Source: Podarcis cretensis | Lineage: Eukaryota | Length of the DNA stretch: 64,000 nucleotides | NCBI GenBank assembly: GCA_951804945.1 | Contig: OX638159.1 | Coordinates: 29,636,001 to 29,700,000, forward strand | Direction: 5' to 3' | In this document: in pieces, positions 62,769 through 64,000 of the stretch | Layout of the letters: the number at the start of each line of letters is the position of its first letter | Numbering within the stretch: the first letter of the stretch is position 1 | Made by a program: the position numbers and the translations under genes | The notes under the pieces: model-generated | Database searches by the model: none | What the model was told of the DNA's origin: nothing | Seen by the model: only the letters and a program-made list of their open reading frames with translations

Positions 62769-64000
62769 GCCACACAACCCAACTTTGAAAATGGATTCGC
62801 TGACAAGTAAGGATAATAAATTAGAGGCGCTTTCAGATAGATATCTCAGACGTGAAATTGCGCCCAGCTGGTTGTGTAAGCAAACAAATAGCCGCCGTGT
62901 TCGAGGGCTCGCGCTTGATGAATAGAACACGACAGAGGTAAATGGCTCTTTAACTCATTTAGGAATAAAACTCTCCGGCTCCCCGAGTCAAAGAGCCCCG
63001 GAACGGCGTGGATCCTGAGCGAGCCCTTTTAAACAAGAGTTTTATTGGTTTCCACTTGTGAGTCCTCATCTTTCCCCAGTTCCTCCCTCCCACCCCCGCA
63101 GGGAGGCCTCGTCAAGGCACCAACTGACTAGTTAAAAAAAAAAAAAGGAAGAAGAAGGCAAAAACTTGTCAGGTTCCGAAAGGTGTAGTAGCCACATGGC
63201 AAACTTGAAAATCTGCCAGAATTATCAGGGCTGGCTCTGGCTGCCTGGCTGCCTGCCTTTCCCGCTAGAAACTCAATAGAAAATATGAACCGACTGTATT
63301 ATTATTTTTCTTTTAAAAAAGATTTCTTCCCTAGCATCAGGACGATATTGCCTTTTCTTTCTTTCTTTCTTTTTAATTACACCCATTTATGTAAACTGGA
63401 GGGGGAAGAGGGACAGAATCCATTTCTCCAAAGGTATTGAGTCTCCCCTACCTCGTCTAGAAGCCCAACCAGCAGAGAAGCCCCTTCTCTTTTACTCAGA
63501 CTTCACTCTGGGGAAGGGACACCGCAATCTCACGCCACAAATCAGTGAGACTTGCTACTTTCAGGCAAATCTGCTTCGGGCCGAAGCTTTAGCTCCAAAA
63601 GGTCTTCTCATTACTAGGGAGGAGCTGGTGTAGGTCTGTCTGCTCTCTGCCTGTCTCTCTCAAGATTCACGAGGCGGGGAAGGGATCTCTCTCTCTCTTT
63701 TTCTCTCTCACGCCACCCGTAATTCCTGGGGGAAACTTCTGTCCGACCCCCATCCTCTGCCTTTAAAAAATTTTTTTGGCTGGCGGAGGGTTCTAAAAGC
63801 AGCTTGAATCTACAACACTTTGCAACCACTTCAAAGAAATATTAAGCTCTCCCTCTCCCCGAGAACGTTTTGCTTGCAAAAAACGAACCCTTTGACTTGC
63901 ACATCACGCACGCATGCACATTTAAAAGAGAGGGATCTATGCCAAAAAGAGTGACTTCGGATTAAAACATTCAGATCTATGTTCTTATTGATGTCTAGAA

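Noticed and set aside
60000-64000. NR2F1 coding exons
   Set aside because: I found no COUP-TF ligand-binding-domain or zinc-finger sequence on either strand. The gene is inferred to lie beyond the window from synteny only.
1-64000. CRISPR arrays, prokaryotic operons or endogenous viral genes
   Set aside because: No repeat-spacer periodicity and no gene-dense or viral ORFs. The content is typical of squamate nuclear DNA.

Overview
Vertebrate genomic DNA, most likely a lacertid lizard (two young Sauria/Squam1 SINEs, a Squam3-type SINE and CR1 relics). The only host protein-coding sequence I can support is the last coding exon of FAM172A/ARB2A (36961-37103, + strand, ...TERHELTSWKSYASIFRFFGDAMEAKSSSGKAAPTRRSQRIRYEEL*). 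The ORF track misses this frame. Bases 1-36960 read as the AT-rich terminal intron of that gene. This part contains a TSD-flanked, ORF-less 1.6 kb L1-like element, two near-identical inverted Sauria SINEs, a decayed DD34E Tc1 transposon with a nested SINE, a hAT MITE, CR1 fragments and several probable conserved non-coding elements. From about 36.5 kb the sequence switches abruptly to a GC/CpG-rich, almost TE-free domain. It comprises the FAM172A 3'UTR (probable poly(A) signal at 39863) and an intergenic regulatory landscape that, by amniote synteny, leads to the 3' end of NR2F1 (COUP-TFI). I found no NR2F1 coding sequence in the window. The most interesting observation is a 3'UTR hairpin at the position of human MIR2277 that keeps its fold although the arm sequences have diverged. 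Seven N-runs limit what can be seen. All orthology and TE-family calls come from recall, not from database searches.
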